IMG/VR virus record: IMGVR_UViG_2654588115_000001
Span: 16,268 to 80,267 of that record
Source: a virus
Taxonomy: Duplodnaviria; Caudoviricetes
Reading direction: 5' to 3' (one strand)
DNA: 64,000 bases
The translations under genes and the position numbers were made by a program. Below, piece after piece: positions 28,124-36,555 of the stretch. How positions within the stretch are numbered: the stretch's first letter is position 1; each line of letters begins with the position of its first letter. The notes under the pieces are model-generated. The model had not been told where the DNA came from. It saw only the letters and a list, made by a program, of their open reading frames with translations, and searched no databases.

Positions 28124-28173
28124 ATTATAAATATGTAAAATGATAAAGTCAAGAGTGTATTTCTTATTTTACA
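28124..28173 (-). promoter_or_regulatory. Sigma70 promoter with operator sites
   Basis: TTGACT-N17-TATAAT; TTCTTATTTTACA at 28161-28173 and ATTTTACA in the spacer. Confidence 0.75.
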
Positions 28174-30163
28174 TTCCTTCCGTAACTTTTTCGCTTAACC
28201 GTGAAGTTGCCGGATTATAGACCAGGGTAAATAACTCGTCCTCACTGCGCCGCTCTCTGGCCTTTACCAACTTAATCATTGAGTCGTACTTATACTTTTC
28301 CTTGTCGAGGGGCGAAAGAGTAGAATCCAAAGCCCTGCGCCACAGCAGGAACACATAGTCACCAGAGTCACCAATGGCACCGGAACCACGCAAATCCTTC
28401 TGCTCTGGCTCATGCCATTTACCGCCCTGCTCCTTGCCCTGACCTGCCTTGGATAACTGCGACAGAACCACGAACAGAACATTGAGCTTCTTGGCAAAGT
28501 CCTTGGTCCGCTCTGCCATCAATTCTTCGGCAGCAATGGTATCACGCCCACGCATCTTTTGGAAATAATCTACCGCCACAATATCAACGCCCTGCACACG
28601 GGTATTCATCAGATTGACATATTCCTCCATGCCATCCAATGTCAGACCAGGCTTATCTACAATATACAGGCACTGCTCCAGCTTATCCTTGATAAGCCCA
28701 TAGGTGTCCGGATGCTGCCGAATATACTCCGGCACTTCATACCGTCGCGTCTGCACAATTTTCGCCACAAGGATTTTCATTATATCCTCCTTCGGCATTT
28801 CCAACGAGAAGAACAGAACCGTTTTTCGTAGCTTCACCGTCCAATACAGAATCCACTCCAGAAGATTTTCCGTCTTACCAGAGTTGGATGCAGCACCGAG
28901 GATAACCACATTCTTGCGCTTGAATTTTGCCGCCTTGTCGATATTCGGAAAGCCCACGCCGAAATATTCTTCGTCGCGCAATGACTCCAACGCCCGGAAT
29001 GAATCCGTAGCACTGGCAATATCTTTCAGCTTTTCTTCCGTGGTATCATCTTTAAGATTCAGCAGGGCCTTGACCACATCAATTCCCTTCCCCCAGGTCC
29101 TCGCCAAAAGCTCAGCTATATCCTGCAATACCACTGGATTCCCCACTGTTCTCACATAGTCCAGAATGTTCCGCTCCTGCACCTCCCTGTCCTCTTCCTC
29201 GGCTATCATTTCCATAACCACATAGAGGTCTATCGGCAGATAAATACAATCCGCAGCAATATCTTTCCCACCAATAAGCATATCATTAAAGTCTTTGTAC
29301 CCATCCGGGATTACTGCCACTTTAACCACGGTTTTCGGCGCATGGTTTTTGAACAAATCCCTTGCCCGGCGCACGAACTTCGATGCCTTGCCATCATTAT
29401 CCGGGCAGAGCACCACCTTGCTGTTCTCCACCGTTTTCAACATCCCCTTGATGCGTTCCACATGGCTTTTGGTTATGCTGATGCCACAGTAAGCCACGCA
29501 GCAATTCCCCTGCTGCACCGCAGACATACAATCAAAAGCTCCTTCGGCAAGCATAAGTGTCCGCGTTTCCTTCAAATTCTTTTGCGCCTGGGGCAAACCA
29601 AAGAGAAATTCTCCCTTGGTAAACAGCCCTTTCACGTTCTTACTATTTTTGTACTTCGGCTTTCCCTCAAAGAATCGATACAGAAACGCCACCGGTCGAT
29701 GCCATTCATCAAACATAGGGATTGTCAGTGCCTTTAACTTATCGGAATACCCCAGCTGATAGGCTTCGATGGTTTCATCAGTAAGCCCACGCTTATGCAG
29801 ATAATCCACCACAGTCGGCAATTCTTTACGCATCCGTCCAATCCACTCGTCATTTCGTTGGACAATCGAGCTGTGCTCCCGGTACTCGTCCGTATCGCTG
29901 ATGGTCAGGCCAAAATCATCACACAGGGTATGAATGGCGGTTTCAAAACTGCAACCGTCACGCCCCATAACATAGCGGATTATATCGCCACTGCTATGGC
30001 AGCCAAAGCAATAATACCGATTATCCGGGTAAACCACGAAAGCCGTATCATTATGCCCACCGTGGATTGGGCAGGCGCAGCGATAAGTTCCGTCGCTCTG
30101 CAATTTCAGTTCGGGGATATACTCTACCAGTGATTTCCCCCGGATAACATCCACAATATTCAA
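28169..30163 (-). CDS. Primase-helicase (CHC2 zinc finger + TOPRIM + DnaB-like SF4)
   Basis: CPIH...CFGC; KYKNS, EGAFD, PDND; AASNSGKT, FSLEM, VDYFQ, SQL, LRGSG. Confidence 0.95.
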   Translation of the reverse strand: MNIVDVIRGKSLVEYIPELKLQSDGTYRCACPIHGGHNDTAFVVYPDNRYYCFGCHSSGDIIRYVMGRDGCSFETAIHTLCDDFGLTISDTDEYREHSSIVQRNDEWIGRMRKELPTVVDYLHKRGLTDETIEAYQLGYSDKLKALTIPMFDEWHRPVAFLYRFFEGKPKYKNSKNVKGLFTKGEFLFGLPQAQKNLKETRTLMLAEGAFDCMSAVQQGNCCVAYCGISITKSHVERIKGMLKTVENSKVVLCPDNDGKASKFVRRARDLFKNHAPKTVVKVAVIPDGYKDFNDMLIGGKDIAADCIYLPIDLYVVMEMIAEEEDREVQERNILDYVRTVGNPVVLQDIAELLARTWGKGIDVVKALLNLKDDTTEEKLKDIASATDSFRALESLRDEEYFGVGFPNIDKAAKFKRKNVVILGAASNSGKTENLLEWILYWTVKLRKTVLFFSLEMPKEDIMKILVAKIVQTRRYEVPEYIRQHPDTYGLIKDKLEQCLYIVDKPGLTLDGMEEYVNLMNTRVQGVDIVAVDYFQKMRGRDTIAAEELMAERTKDFAKKLNVLFVVLSQLSKAGQGKEQGGKWHEPEQKDLRGSGAIGDSGDYVFLLWRRALDSTLSPLDKEKYKYDSMIKLVKARERRSEDELFTLVYNPATSRLSEKVTEGM

Positions 30164-30180
30164 AAGGCATCCCTCCTACG

Positions 30181-30206
30181 AAAAAAAACCCCGCATCTAA
30201 CGGGGC
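30181..30206 (-). terminator. Intrinsic terminator upstream of primase
   Basis: GCCCCG-TTAGATG-CGGGGTTTTTTTT. Confidence 0.65.
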
Positions 30207-30212
30207 TTCACC

Positions 30213-30395
30213 TTATTTGTCACTCTTGGCCCTGCGGCTATTACGGTGTGCGACCATTTCAGCCTTGGCCTTTGCTGCTACACACTTCATCTGTTCCCTG
30301 TGATGATGCGGAGCCACTTCCTCGTTTCTCCGCTTGTAGCGGTGGCTCATATTGAATTTCTTAGCCAGCTTAACAAGGTCCATTTTTTTTACCAT
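30213..30395 (-). CDS. Small basic protein
   Basis: 60 aa, GGAGG RBS. Confidence 0.6.
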   Translation of the reverse strand: MVKKMDLVKLAKKFNMSHRYKRRNEEVAPHHHREQMKCVAAKAKAEMVAHRNSRRAKSDK

Positions 30396-30398
30396 TCA

Positions 30399-30671
30399 TT
30401 ATTCCTCCATCTTTTCTATGATTCGTTCATTTGCTTCTTCAACTATTTTTACGGCTAGATATGTACCCAATTCCATAAGGCCCAATTCGGGAACATCATG
30501 TTCTTTAACGGCGGTATCTAGGAACGTGGCTCCCAGATGAATCGCAGCAAGCCCCAACGGCATCTGACCATCACCAGAATATATGATTTCACCTTCTGAT
30601 TCGGGGAAGCCAAGGACGATAATGCCCTTCATTCCTGTTTCCATGCGGATTTTTTCTGCAATCTTTTTCAT
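30399..30671 (-). CDS. Hypothetical protein
   Basis: Start MKKIAEK after GAAGGA. Confidence 0.65.
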   Translation of the reverse strand: MKKIAEKIRMETGMKGIIVLGFPESEGEIIYSGDGQMPLGLAAIHLGATFLDTAVKEHDVPELGLMELGTYLAVKIVEEANERIIEKMEE

Positions 30672-30673
30672 CG

Positions 30674-30985
30674 TCACCATTCCTTCAACAATTCCAGATA
30701 ATCTTCGATATGTGTTTCGGCGATTTTCGCCGTCCGTTGCTTCTGATTCCACGCAGGAGCCTCATAGAACAGTCCCTTCATGGTAAGCCTTGGGTTACTC
30801 CCCGTTGCCACCAGATACTCGTGAAACAGATTCAATGCCGCCACATCCAACTTTTTGAAGAAGTTATAGACCTTAAAGAAATCACGGCTCGGCTTGCCTC
30901 CGACAAAAGCCCTCTTACCGATAGTCCCCAAGAACTCCATCGCTAAGTGATGCGGTTTATTGCACTCACTCCATGACTTTGCCAT
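30674..30985 (-). CDS. Hypothetical protein
   Basis: Start MAKSWSEC; operonic. Confidence 0.65.
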   Translation of the reverse strand: MAKSWSECNKPHHLAMEFLGTIGKRAFVGGKPSRDFFKVYNFFKKLDVAALNLFHEYLVATGSNPRLTMKGLFYEAPAWNQKQRTAKIAETHIEDYLELLKEW

Positions 30986-31148
30986 TACCGAAATCAACCA
31001 TCCCTTCCAACTGTTTCGCCAGGTTATCCAGCCTTCCACCAAGGATTCTCATAGCTTTACAGGTATGACTGCCCTCATGTAATGCCGCCATCCCACAAGC
31101 CAGTTCAGAAAGCCCTTCGATTTCGTACAAAATGTCTTCTAATGCCAT
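30966..31148 (-). CDS. Small helical protein
   Basis: MALEDILYEIEGL...; GGAGGAG RBS. Confidence 0.65.
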   Translation of the reverse strand: MALEDILYEIEGLSELACGMAALHEGSHTCKAMRILGGRLDNLAKQLEGMVDFGNGKVME

Positions 31149-31229
31149 AGATTGATATTCTCCTCCGTTATATGCAGGGAAAACCCGTGCGAGGAGCCAT
31201 CCCCGCACGAGCCAAACCAGTGATATTGC

Positions 31230-31832
31230 TTAAATAGGAACCTCCTCATCAGCAATACCGAAATCATCTGCCGGTTTATTCTCAGCCAGTTCAATACCGA
31301 ACTCCGAGAAATCAGCGGCTCCACCCCGGTACTCAATCAACTTATCCACCGCCAGCTTTACGATATACAGATTGATACCGTTAGCACGGGCAGAAGCGTA
31401 GTAAGCACTGGGCTGGTAAAGCACACGCACCATCGAGCCATCACCAATGGCAACATCTTTGTCGAGCTGGATGCGGCGCACCGTGTCAACTACAGGAACG
31501 AACCGTTGTTTTTCCTCACCGGTCTGCTTATCGCGATAGAAAGCACCAGTCTGGAAGAAGAAGTACAGCTCTCCGTTCTCCTGCTCTTTGTAACCGCAGG
31601 TAGCATCGGCAGACCATTTTTTCCCCTGGAACTTCTCGTTTTCCTTCGCAGCCGCAAGATAATCGTCACAGATTTTCTTCATCTTGGTTTCGGTTTCCTT
31701 ATCAAAGGAAAGAGCCAGCTTGTACTTGCGTTTACCCTCAAACTCGTCAAACCGGGTATTCACCTTTACCCAGTGGGCCTTGCCGGAGAAGGAAACAACG
31801 GGTTTCTCTGTTAAGTTGACATTAAGATTCAT
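31230..31832 (-). CDS. ssb: Single-stranded DNA-binding protein (T7 gp2.5-like)
   Basis: G.A.W.KV, KYK..L, IG.GS.VRV, G+.L pattern; acidic tail DDFGIADEEVPI. Confidence 0.85.
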   Translation of the reverse strand: MNLNVNLTEKPVVSFSGKAHWVKVNTRFDEFEGKRKYKLALSFDKETETKMKKICDDYLAAAKENEKFQGKKWSADATCGYKEQENGELYFFFQTGAFYRDKQTGEEKQRFVPVVDTVRRIQLDKDVAIGDGSMVRVLYQPSAYYASARANGINLYIVKLAVDKLIEYRGGAADFSEFGIELAENKPADDFGIADEEVPI

Positions 31833-31868
31833 TAATTAGCAACACTCCTTTGAATTTACAAAGTATGT

Positions 31869-32085
31869 TTCTTATTTTACATAAAAAGCATACTAATTGA
31901 CACTTGGTGTAAAATAAAAGAGGTGTTCCGTGTAAATATATGTACATTTACTTGACATGATTTAACAAGAACGCTATAATTACACGAGAAGCAGTTCTTA
32001 TTTAACACCCGATGATGATTATTATAACAGTCCCCGGGTGAGAAGTCAACACTATTTCTATAAAAATGATGTTTTTATTTTACAC
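31869..32085. promoter_or_regulatory. Lysis/lysogeny switch: face-to-face promoters and operators
   Basis: (+) TTGACA-N17-TATAAT at 31952-31980 toward the repressor; (-) TTGACT-N17-TATAAT at 32049-32021 toward ssb; operator copies at 31869, 31908, about 31995 and about 32074. Confidence 0.8.
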
Positions 32086-32119
32086 TGTGTTGCTTTGACT
32101 AGACGAAAGGAAGATAACA

Positions 32120-32527
32120 ATGGAGAACAAACCGTATAAGAACAAGTGCCGCAACCGCATCAGAGAGTTGCGCATTGCACGCGGTCATAATTCTTTGCGG
32201 GGGTTCGCGGAGTTCATCAATACCCATCTAGGCTACGAAGTATCAGCCAGTGCTCTTTCCCAACTGGAACTCCATAGACGTGAGAACCCCTACTGGGAGC
32301 TTGTCGATGTATTATCCACTTACTTCGGCGTAACCGCAGATTACCTCATGGGCAAAACAGACTATAATGTGAGGAAAGAAGAAGTTATCAAAGACCGGGA
32401 AGACAAAGTAACCAAATCCCCGGAAGAAGAACTTCTGATGCAGCAGTTCTACGATAAGATGCGTGAAATGTATGCAGAAAAGGAAAAGGCAAAAGAAGAA
32501 CGCCGCGCCTTAAAAGAAGATAATTGA
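32120..32527 (+). CDS. XRE-family HTH repressor
   Basis: RIRELRIARG..SLRGFAE...VSASALSQLE...ENP...L..YFGVTADYLMG; divergent from the replication operon. Confidence 0.9.
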   Translation: MENKPYKNKCRNRIRELRIARGHNSLRGFAEFINTHLGYEVSASALSQLELHRRENPYWELVDVLSTYFGVTADYLMGKTDYNVRKEEVIKDREDKVTKSPEEELLMQQFYDKMREMYAEKEKAKEERRALKEDN

Positions 32528-32540
32528 TTTTTTACATCAT

Positions 32541-32583
32541 AAAACCCGAAGGAAGACACACCGTATTCCTTCGGGTATTTTTT
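32541..32583. terminator. Bidirectional terminator
   Basis: ACCCGAAGGAA...TTCCTTCGGGT-ATTTTTT. Confidence 0.8.
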
Positions 32584-32651
32584 CGCTTATTTCTATATTG
32601 GTATAATTTCGTTATTATTGGCTTTATGTCAGTGTTTCTTAGAAACACCAA

Positions 32652-32819
32652 TCACACATCTTTGTGTTCCGTAATCATGCACACGCAAGCTGAAACCTTG
32701 TTCGCAATCACCCTAATTCCAGGGTGGACTGCCATCAAATCTTCATCCTTGCAAAACGACCGTAGCAAATCTTCAACTTCGTAAAGTTCATCCAATAAGG
32801 CATGATTATTATCGTCCAT
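32652..32819 (-). CDS. 55-aa protein with own promoter and structured leader (not in ORF track)
   Basis: MDDNNHALLDELYEVEDLLRSFCK...; AAGGAGG RBS; TTGACA-N17-TATTAT at 32941-32913. Confidence 0.65.
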   Translation of the reverse strand: MDDNNHALLDELYEVEDLLRSFCKDEDLMAVHPGIRVIANKVSACVCMITEHKDV

Positions 32820-33049
32820 ATGTACCTCCTTATGGTAGAGAAAAAATTCGGCGTTGGCATTTATCCGGATTCAACCAACCCGTCAAAGGACAATGTCTTT
32901 AACGTGAGTACTATAATAAGCCAAAACACGATAATTGTCAACCGCAAAATTTGTAAATGTCAAAAAATCAATCAAAAATTAGCAGCCATCCGTATTGTGA
33001 AATTGGCAGAAGAATATAACCTCAATTTTTATCCGCGAAAAGCAAACTC

Positions 33050-33660
33050 TTAACAGGCTCATCTACTATAAAATCATTCATAAAAATATAAGTTTAAGAA
33101 CTAAATAGGATGCAATCAAAATTCCCTTAACCCCTGTTTTTACTATGAAGATTGAAACCAGTCAAGGGAATTTAATTAAATGTAAAAGAAAATTTTCCAT
33201 ACGACATATTTCCGAAAAATCCTGCCTTAAAAATCCAAAAAAAACAAGAAGTAATATTCCGACAAAACGTGAAACATGTGAAACAAAAACATAGCGAAAG
33301 AAGCAAGTAAACCAAGAAAAATCACAATAAAAAACAATAGATAAGTCGCGACAAATTTGCGATAAAACCGATAATCTGAAACATATGTACACATACAATA
33401 TACTAAGTAATGAAAATGAAAATGCCCCTTGGAACACACTAGCATCCCAAGAGGCGTTCTTACTCATAAAATTAAAAGTCAAAAAGAAATTCTATACACC
33501 AGGCAATACCTTCAAAAACACTACTTACTACGCCCAATACTTCCCCGTCCCTTGCAAACATCCTTAACTCATCAAGTGAAGAATGTTCTAACCAACTAAG
33601 AAGAAATTTAATTTTTATCTAGTAGAGATATAAATATCTTGAAAAATTCTTATTGACTTG
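33050..33660. other. AT-rich, A-skewed non-coding region downstream of ncRNA B
   Basis: About 600 bp, very A-rich on the + strand, no credible ORF. Confidence 0.5.
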
Positions 33661-34347
33661 TAGGTGTTTTTATGATGGAGACCACAGGAAACGGAGGAGC
33701 GGAACAGAGTGCAACCTTAGTTTCTGCAAATACAGTATACTACTGTCGCACCATGTCGAAAATTGATGGATTCCACGAGGTATCCGGTATCGCTTTTCAC
33801 AGTTCAATTAGTCACCGTCGCTACAACGATGCAGAGTTTTAATAGTGGTCTTATACCCCACACTACCACGCCCCTCGGCGCGTTCCTCTGGCTCGGCATA
33901 TTTCATCCGTATACATGACAGGGCAGGTATCGCGCTCTCACGCGAATTTAGGGAACCTGGCACCTGTGATTAAGCCCCCGCAGGCTTCTTAACGCTCCGC
34001 AGACAACAAAAAAAGACGCATACTTGCGCCTTACCCTTTGTATATATACCGGTATCTTAGCCTTCCACGGCCCCAGCATACCGTCTGCCTACGCTTATTA
34101 TGGGAGTTAGCCTGTTCTTCACCCACTTAGGTCACAGAAGGACATTGAACAAATTCCTTCTGACCCCGCCGATATTCTGTGCATCCGCTGGCGAAACGGT
34201 GGTCTCTCTACGAGTAGCCAGGATTATACTGCTTGCGTGCAGTGACATAGTAACCTTACCTACATTTTCCCGCAATAAGGACACGGGCAACCTACGGCAG
34301 CTTCTTCCTGCCGTTGAGGAACGCAGAAACACCGCGAAAACACTTGA

Positions 34348-34375
34348 CAAAAACCCAGTAAATCCTTATACTAGG
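34348..34375 (-). terminator. Attenuator-like terminator in the ncRNA B leader
   Basis: CCTAGTA-TAAGGATT-TACTGGG-TTTTT. Confidence 0.5.
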
Positions 34376-34378
34376 CTT

Positions 34379-34449
34379 ATAACTTGAACTCAATGTTGTG
34401 TGTTTACGCAACTCGGGACTTGGATGTTGGCGCATTCAAGTCCTTTTTT
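34379..34449 (+). ncRNA. Antisense (countertranscript) RNA, about 70 nt
   Basis: TTGACA-N17-TATACT (34344-34372); two stem-loops, the last GGACTTGGATG-TTGGCG-CATTCAAGTCC-TTTTTT; complementary to the ncRNA B leader. Confidence 0.8.
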
Positions 34450-34501
34450 CTTATGTTCATTTTCGATTGTCTTACCTATCTATCGGCTATCCCCAGTCCA
34501 C

Positions 34502-34542
34502 TGTGGATAACTCATGCTCAAATAATATCATACTTATCCACA
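34502..34542. promoter_or_regulatory. Two perfect DnaA boxes
   Basis: TGTGGATAA at 34502-34510 and TTATCCACA at 34534-34542, overlapping the ncRNA B promoter. Confidence 0.9.
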
Positions 34543-34583
34543 GAAGTCAACATGATTTATTTCTTTATATATATACCACCCTC

Positions 34584-34612
34584 TTGAAATCCGCATAAAC
34601 TGGTGCTATAAT
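34584..34612 (+). promoter_or_regulatory. parAB promoter
   Basis: TTGAAA-N17-TATAAT with TG extension. Confidence 0.75.
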
Positions 34613-34620
34613 CTAATCAA

Positions 34621-34718
34621 ACACCATTACACCATTACGCCATTATACTGGTGTTACAGCATTATAACGCTGTAATGTCATAATGGTATACCGTTATAAT
34701 GGTGTAACGCTATAACGT
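34621..34718. repeat. 8-bp repeat array 6: parS/operator of parAB
   Basis: Direct and inverted TTAYRCCA units between the promoter and the parA RBS, typical of type Ib systems. Confidence 0.85.
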
Positions 34719-34740
34719 TATTCAAAAGGGAGGAACACCT

Positions 34741-35502
34741 ATGATTACAGTGGTTATCAGCAACAAGAAAGGCGGCGTAGGCAAAACTACTACGGCTTAT
34801 AATTTGGCAGCAGGACTTCGGAAGCGCGGTAAATCAGTTCTGGCCATCGACCTTGACCCGCAATGTTCCCTTACGAAATTCTGCGGCGTAAATAAGAACG
34901 GTCCAACCTCCTTCGGTGTAATCACCAAGGAAGTCAACATCAACTCCGCTATTCTGAAACTGGAGTTCTTCGACCTCATTCCTGGCAGCGCATCACTGGC
35001 CACTGCTGACCAGACCCTGCCCGAATCTGTAAACCGCCTTATGCGCATCCGTGAAGCCCTCTCCGAGCTGAAAACGGATTATGACTACTGCATCATGGAT
35101 AATGCTCCGGCTATCGGCGTAGTTACCGTTAATGCCTACATGGCCACCGACTATGTAATCATCCCCGCCGAAGCCAACGAACTCTCCACGGATGGCATCG
35201 CTAATGTTTATGAATCCATCCTCGATGTGAAGAAGTACGTGAACCCCCATATCCAAATCGCCGGTATTCTGCTGACTCGCTACAAGCCCAACACAGTTCT
35301 CAACCGCGAATACAGCGATATATTCAACGAACTGGCCAAGGGTATGGGTACTAAGGTTTTCAAAACGCCAATCCGTGAGAACGTCAACCTCTCCGAATTG
35401 CCGTCCATCCATGTTCCCATCTTCGATTACAAACCCGGCTCCACTGGTGCCGAAGACTACAATGCCTTTATTGATGAATTTATTAAGGGAGTTGAAAAAT
35501 AA
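34741..35502 (+). CDS. parA: ParA/Soj Walker-A partition ATPase (type Ib)
   Basis: KKGGVGKTT, DLDPQ, DNAP; no N-terminal HTH. Confidence 0.96.
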   Translation: MITVVISNKKGGVGKTTTAYNLAAGLRKRGKSVLAIDLDPQCSLTKFCGVNKNGPTSFGVITKEVNINSAILKLEFFDLIPGSASLATADQTLPESVNRLMRIREALSELKTDYDYCIMDNAPAIGVVTVNAYMATDYVIIPAEANELSTDGIANVYESILDVKKYVNPHIQIAGILLTRYKPNTVLNREYSDIFNELAKGMGTKVFKTPIRENVNLSELPSIHVPIFDYKPGSTGAEDYNAFIDEFIKGVEK

Positions 35503-35906
35503 TGGCAATCAAAAGAAGCGAAATGTTCCATAAGCGCAAATCCGATGTGCTCATGCAGATAAAAGGTGCTACCGAAAAATTTGAGGAGGCCCCCGAACCG
35601 GAACTCGTAGAGGCCTTCAAAGAAGCTGCTGAAAACAAAGAAGAAACAGAAACCGCTGCAGCACCTATCGTAAAAGCCCCTCCTGCCAAACCAAAGGCAA
35701 AAAAGGCTCAGCCCAAGGAAGAAGAAAAGGAACGCCGCGACAAACGCGTGACTCTTTATCTTACCCAGGAAGAATACGATATGTTCCGTGAACAGGCTTA
35801 CCGCCGTCACAAAAAACTCAATGAAGTTATCGTAAGCGCAGCCAAGAAAAACATTGGCAGACCGCCTGCGCCCCCAAAAGAATATCGCGAAGAAAACGAC
35901 GATTAA
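35502..35906 (+). CDS. Centromere-binding protein (ribbon-helix-helix, type Ib ParB)
   Basis: Disordered N-terminus, then KRVTLYLTQEEYDMFREQAYRRHKKLNEVI (RHH); coupled to parA. Confidence 0.85.
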   Translation: MAIKRSEMFHKRKSDVLMQIKGATEKFEEAPEPELVEAFKEAAENKEETETAAAPIVKAPPAKPKAKKAQPKEEEKERRDKRVTLYLTQEEYDMFREQAYRRHKKLNEVIVSAAKKNIGRPPAPPKEYREENDD

Positions 35907-35930
35907 TTATTCTTGACCAAGGGTATAATT

Positions 35931-36140
35931 ATGGATTTTGATTTGAAGCCAAATAAACATGAAGAATGTTTAAGTTTACAGGCAGAGGTAAACCGTCTTA
36001 GCTGTGAAAATCGCATAAGAGCAATTTCCTTAAAATATAACATTTCAAGCGATGATATTTCTATCTTGGTCGAAGGAATAGAAAATTACCTAAATCAAGC
36101 CGTAGATGATGTTTATGAATCATCAATTAAATCTCGTTAG
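35931..36140 (+). CDS. Hypothetical protein
   Basis: About 69 aa after parB; weak RBS. Confidence 0.45.
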   Translation: MDFDLKPNKHEECLSLQAEVNRLSCENRIRAISLKYNISSDDISILVEGIENYLNQAVDDVYESSIKSR

Positions 36141-36143
36141 TAT

Positions 36144-36184
36144 AAAAACTCGTAGACGAATAGTAAATGGTCTACGAGTTTTTT
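36144..36184. terminator. Bidirectional terminator
   Basis: AAAAACTCGTAGAC...GTCTACGAGTTTTTT. Confidence 0.85.
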
Positions 36185-36208
36185 GCATCTTAACGGAAAT
36201 TATTGTTT

Positions 36209-36511
36209 TCAGTAACCTTTAGGTTCTGGTTCCATAAAATCATCTGGCTCTGGTTCCTCGAAATCATCCATCGCACTTTTGGGGAAATAATACATAGCTA
36301 TACTTTTATCTATAAGACCTTCTAGCTCATGCAGGCCTTCCACGCCCTCATACCCATCAAAAAGGTCAACAATGTAAGAGCGGACAGCCTTGCTTCTCTC
36401 AACATACTTCATATTCTCCGTTTCGCATCGTACCCCCATGCGATTCCAGCCAGCATCAATCCTCTTTTGTAACAGCTCCGTTAATCCTTTTACCAGCTCA
36501 TCATTATTCAT
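36209..36511 (-). CDS. Hypothetical protein
   Basis: Start MNNDELVK after GGAGGGG; acidic C-terminal DDFxEPEP repeat. Confidence 0.7.
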   Translation of the reverse strand: MNNDELVKGLTELLQKRIDAGWNRMGVRCETENMKYVERSKAVRSYIVDLFDGYEGVEGLHELEGLIDKSIAMYYFPKSAMDDFEEPEPDDFMEPEPKGY

Positions 36512-36555
36512 TATTGTCCCCCTCCATTCATCATCTTCGGCATGTAAATTCAAAA

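Larger units (their letters stand above)
33680..34515 (-). ncRNA. Long structured ncRNA B (about 830 nt including leader), putative replication primer
   Basis: TTGACT-N17-TATTAT promoter (34550-34522); no credible ORF; many hairpins; six ordered motifs shared with ncRNA A. Confidence 0.7.

Noticed and set aside
33162-33567. Phe-rich hydrophobic ORFs
   Set aside because: By-products of the A-skewed non-coding tract; no RBS.
34100-34598. ORFs 34100-34387, 34132-34350, 34384-34587 and 34398-34598 as a rep gene or toxin
   Set aside because: No convincing RBS and no Rep motifs; they overlap the promoters and the terminator of the RNA unit.
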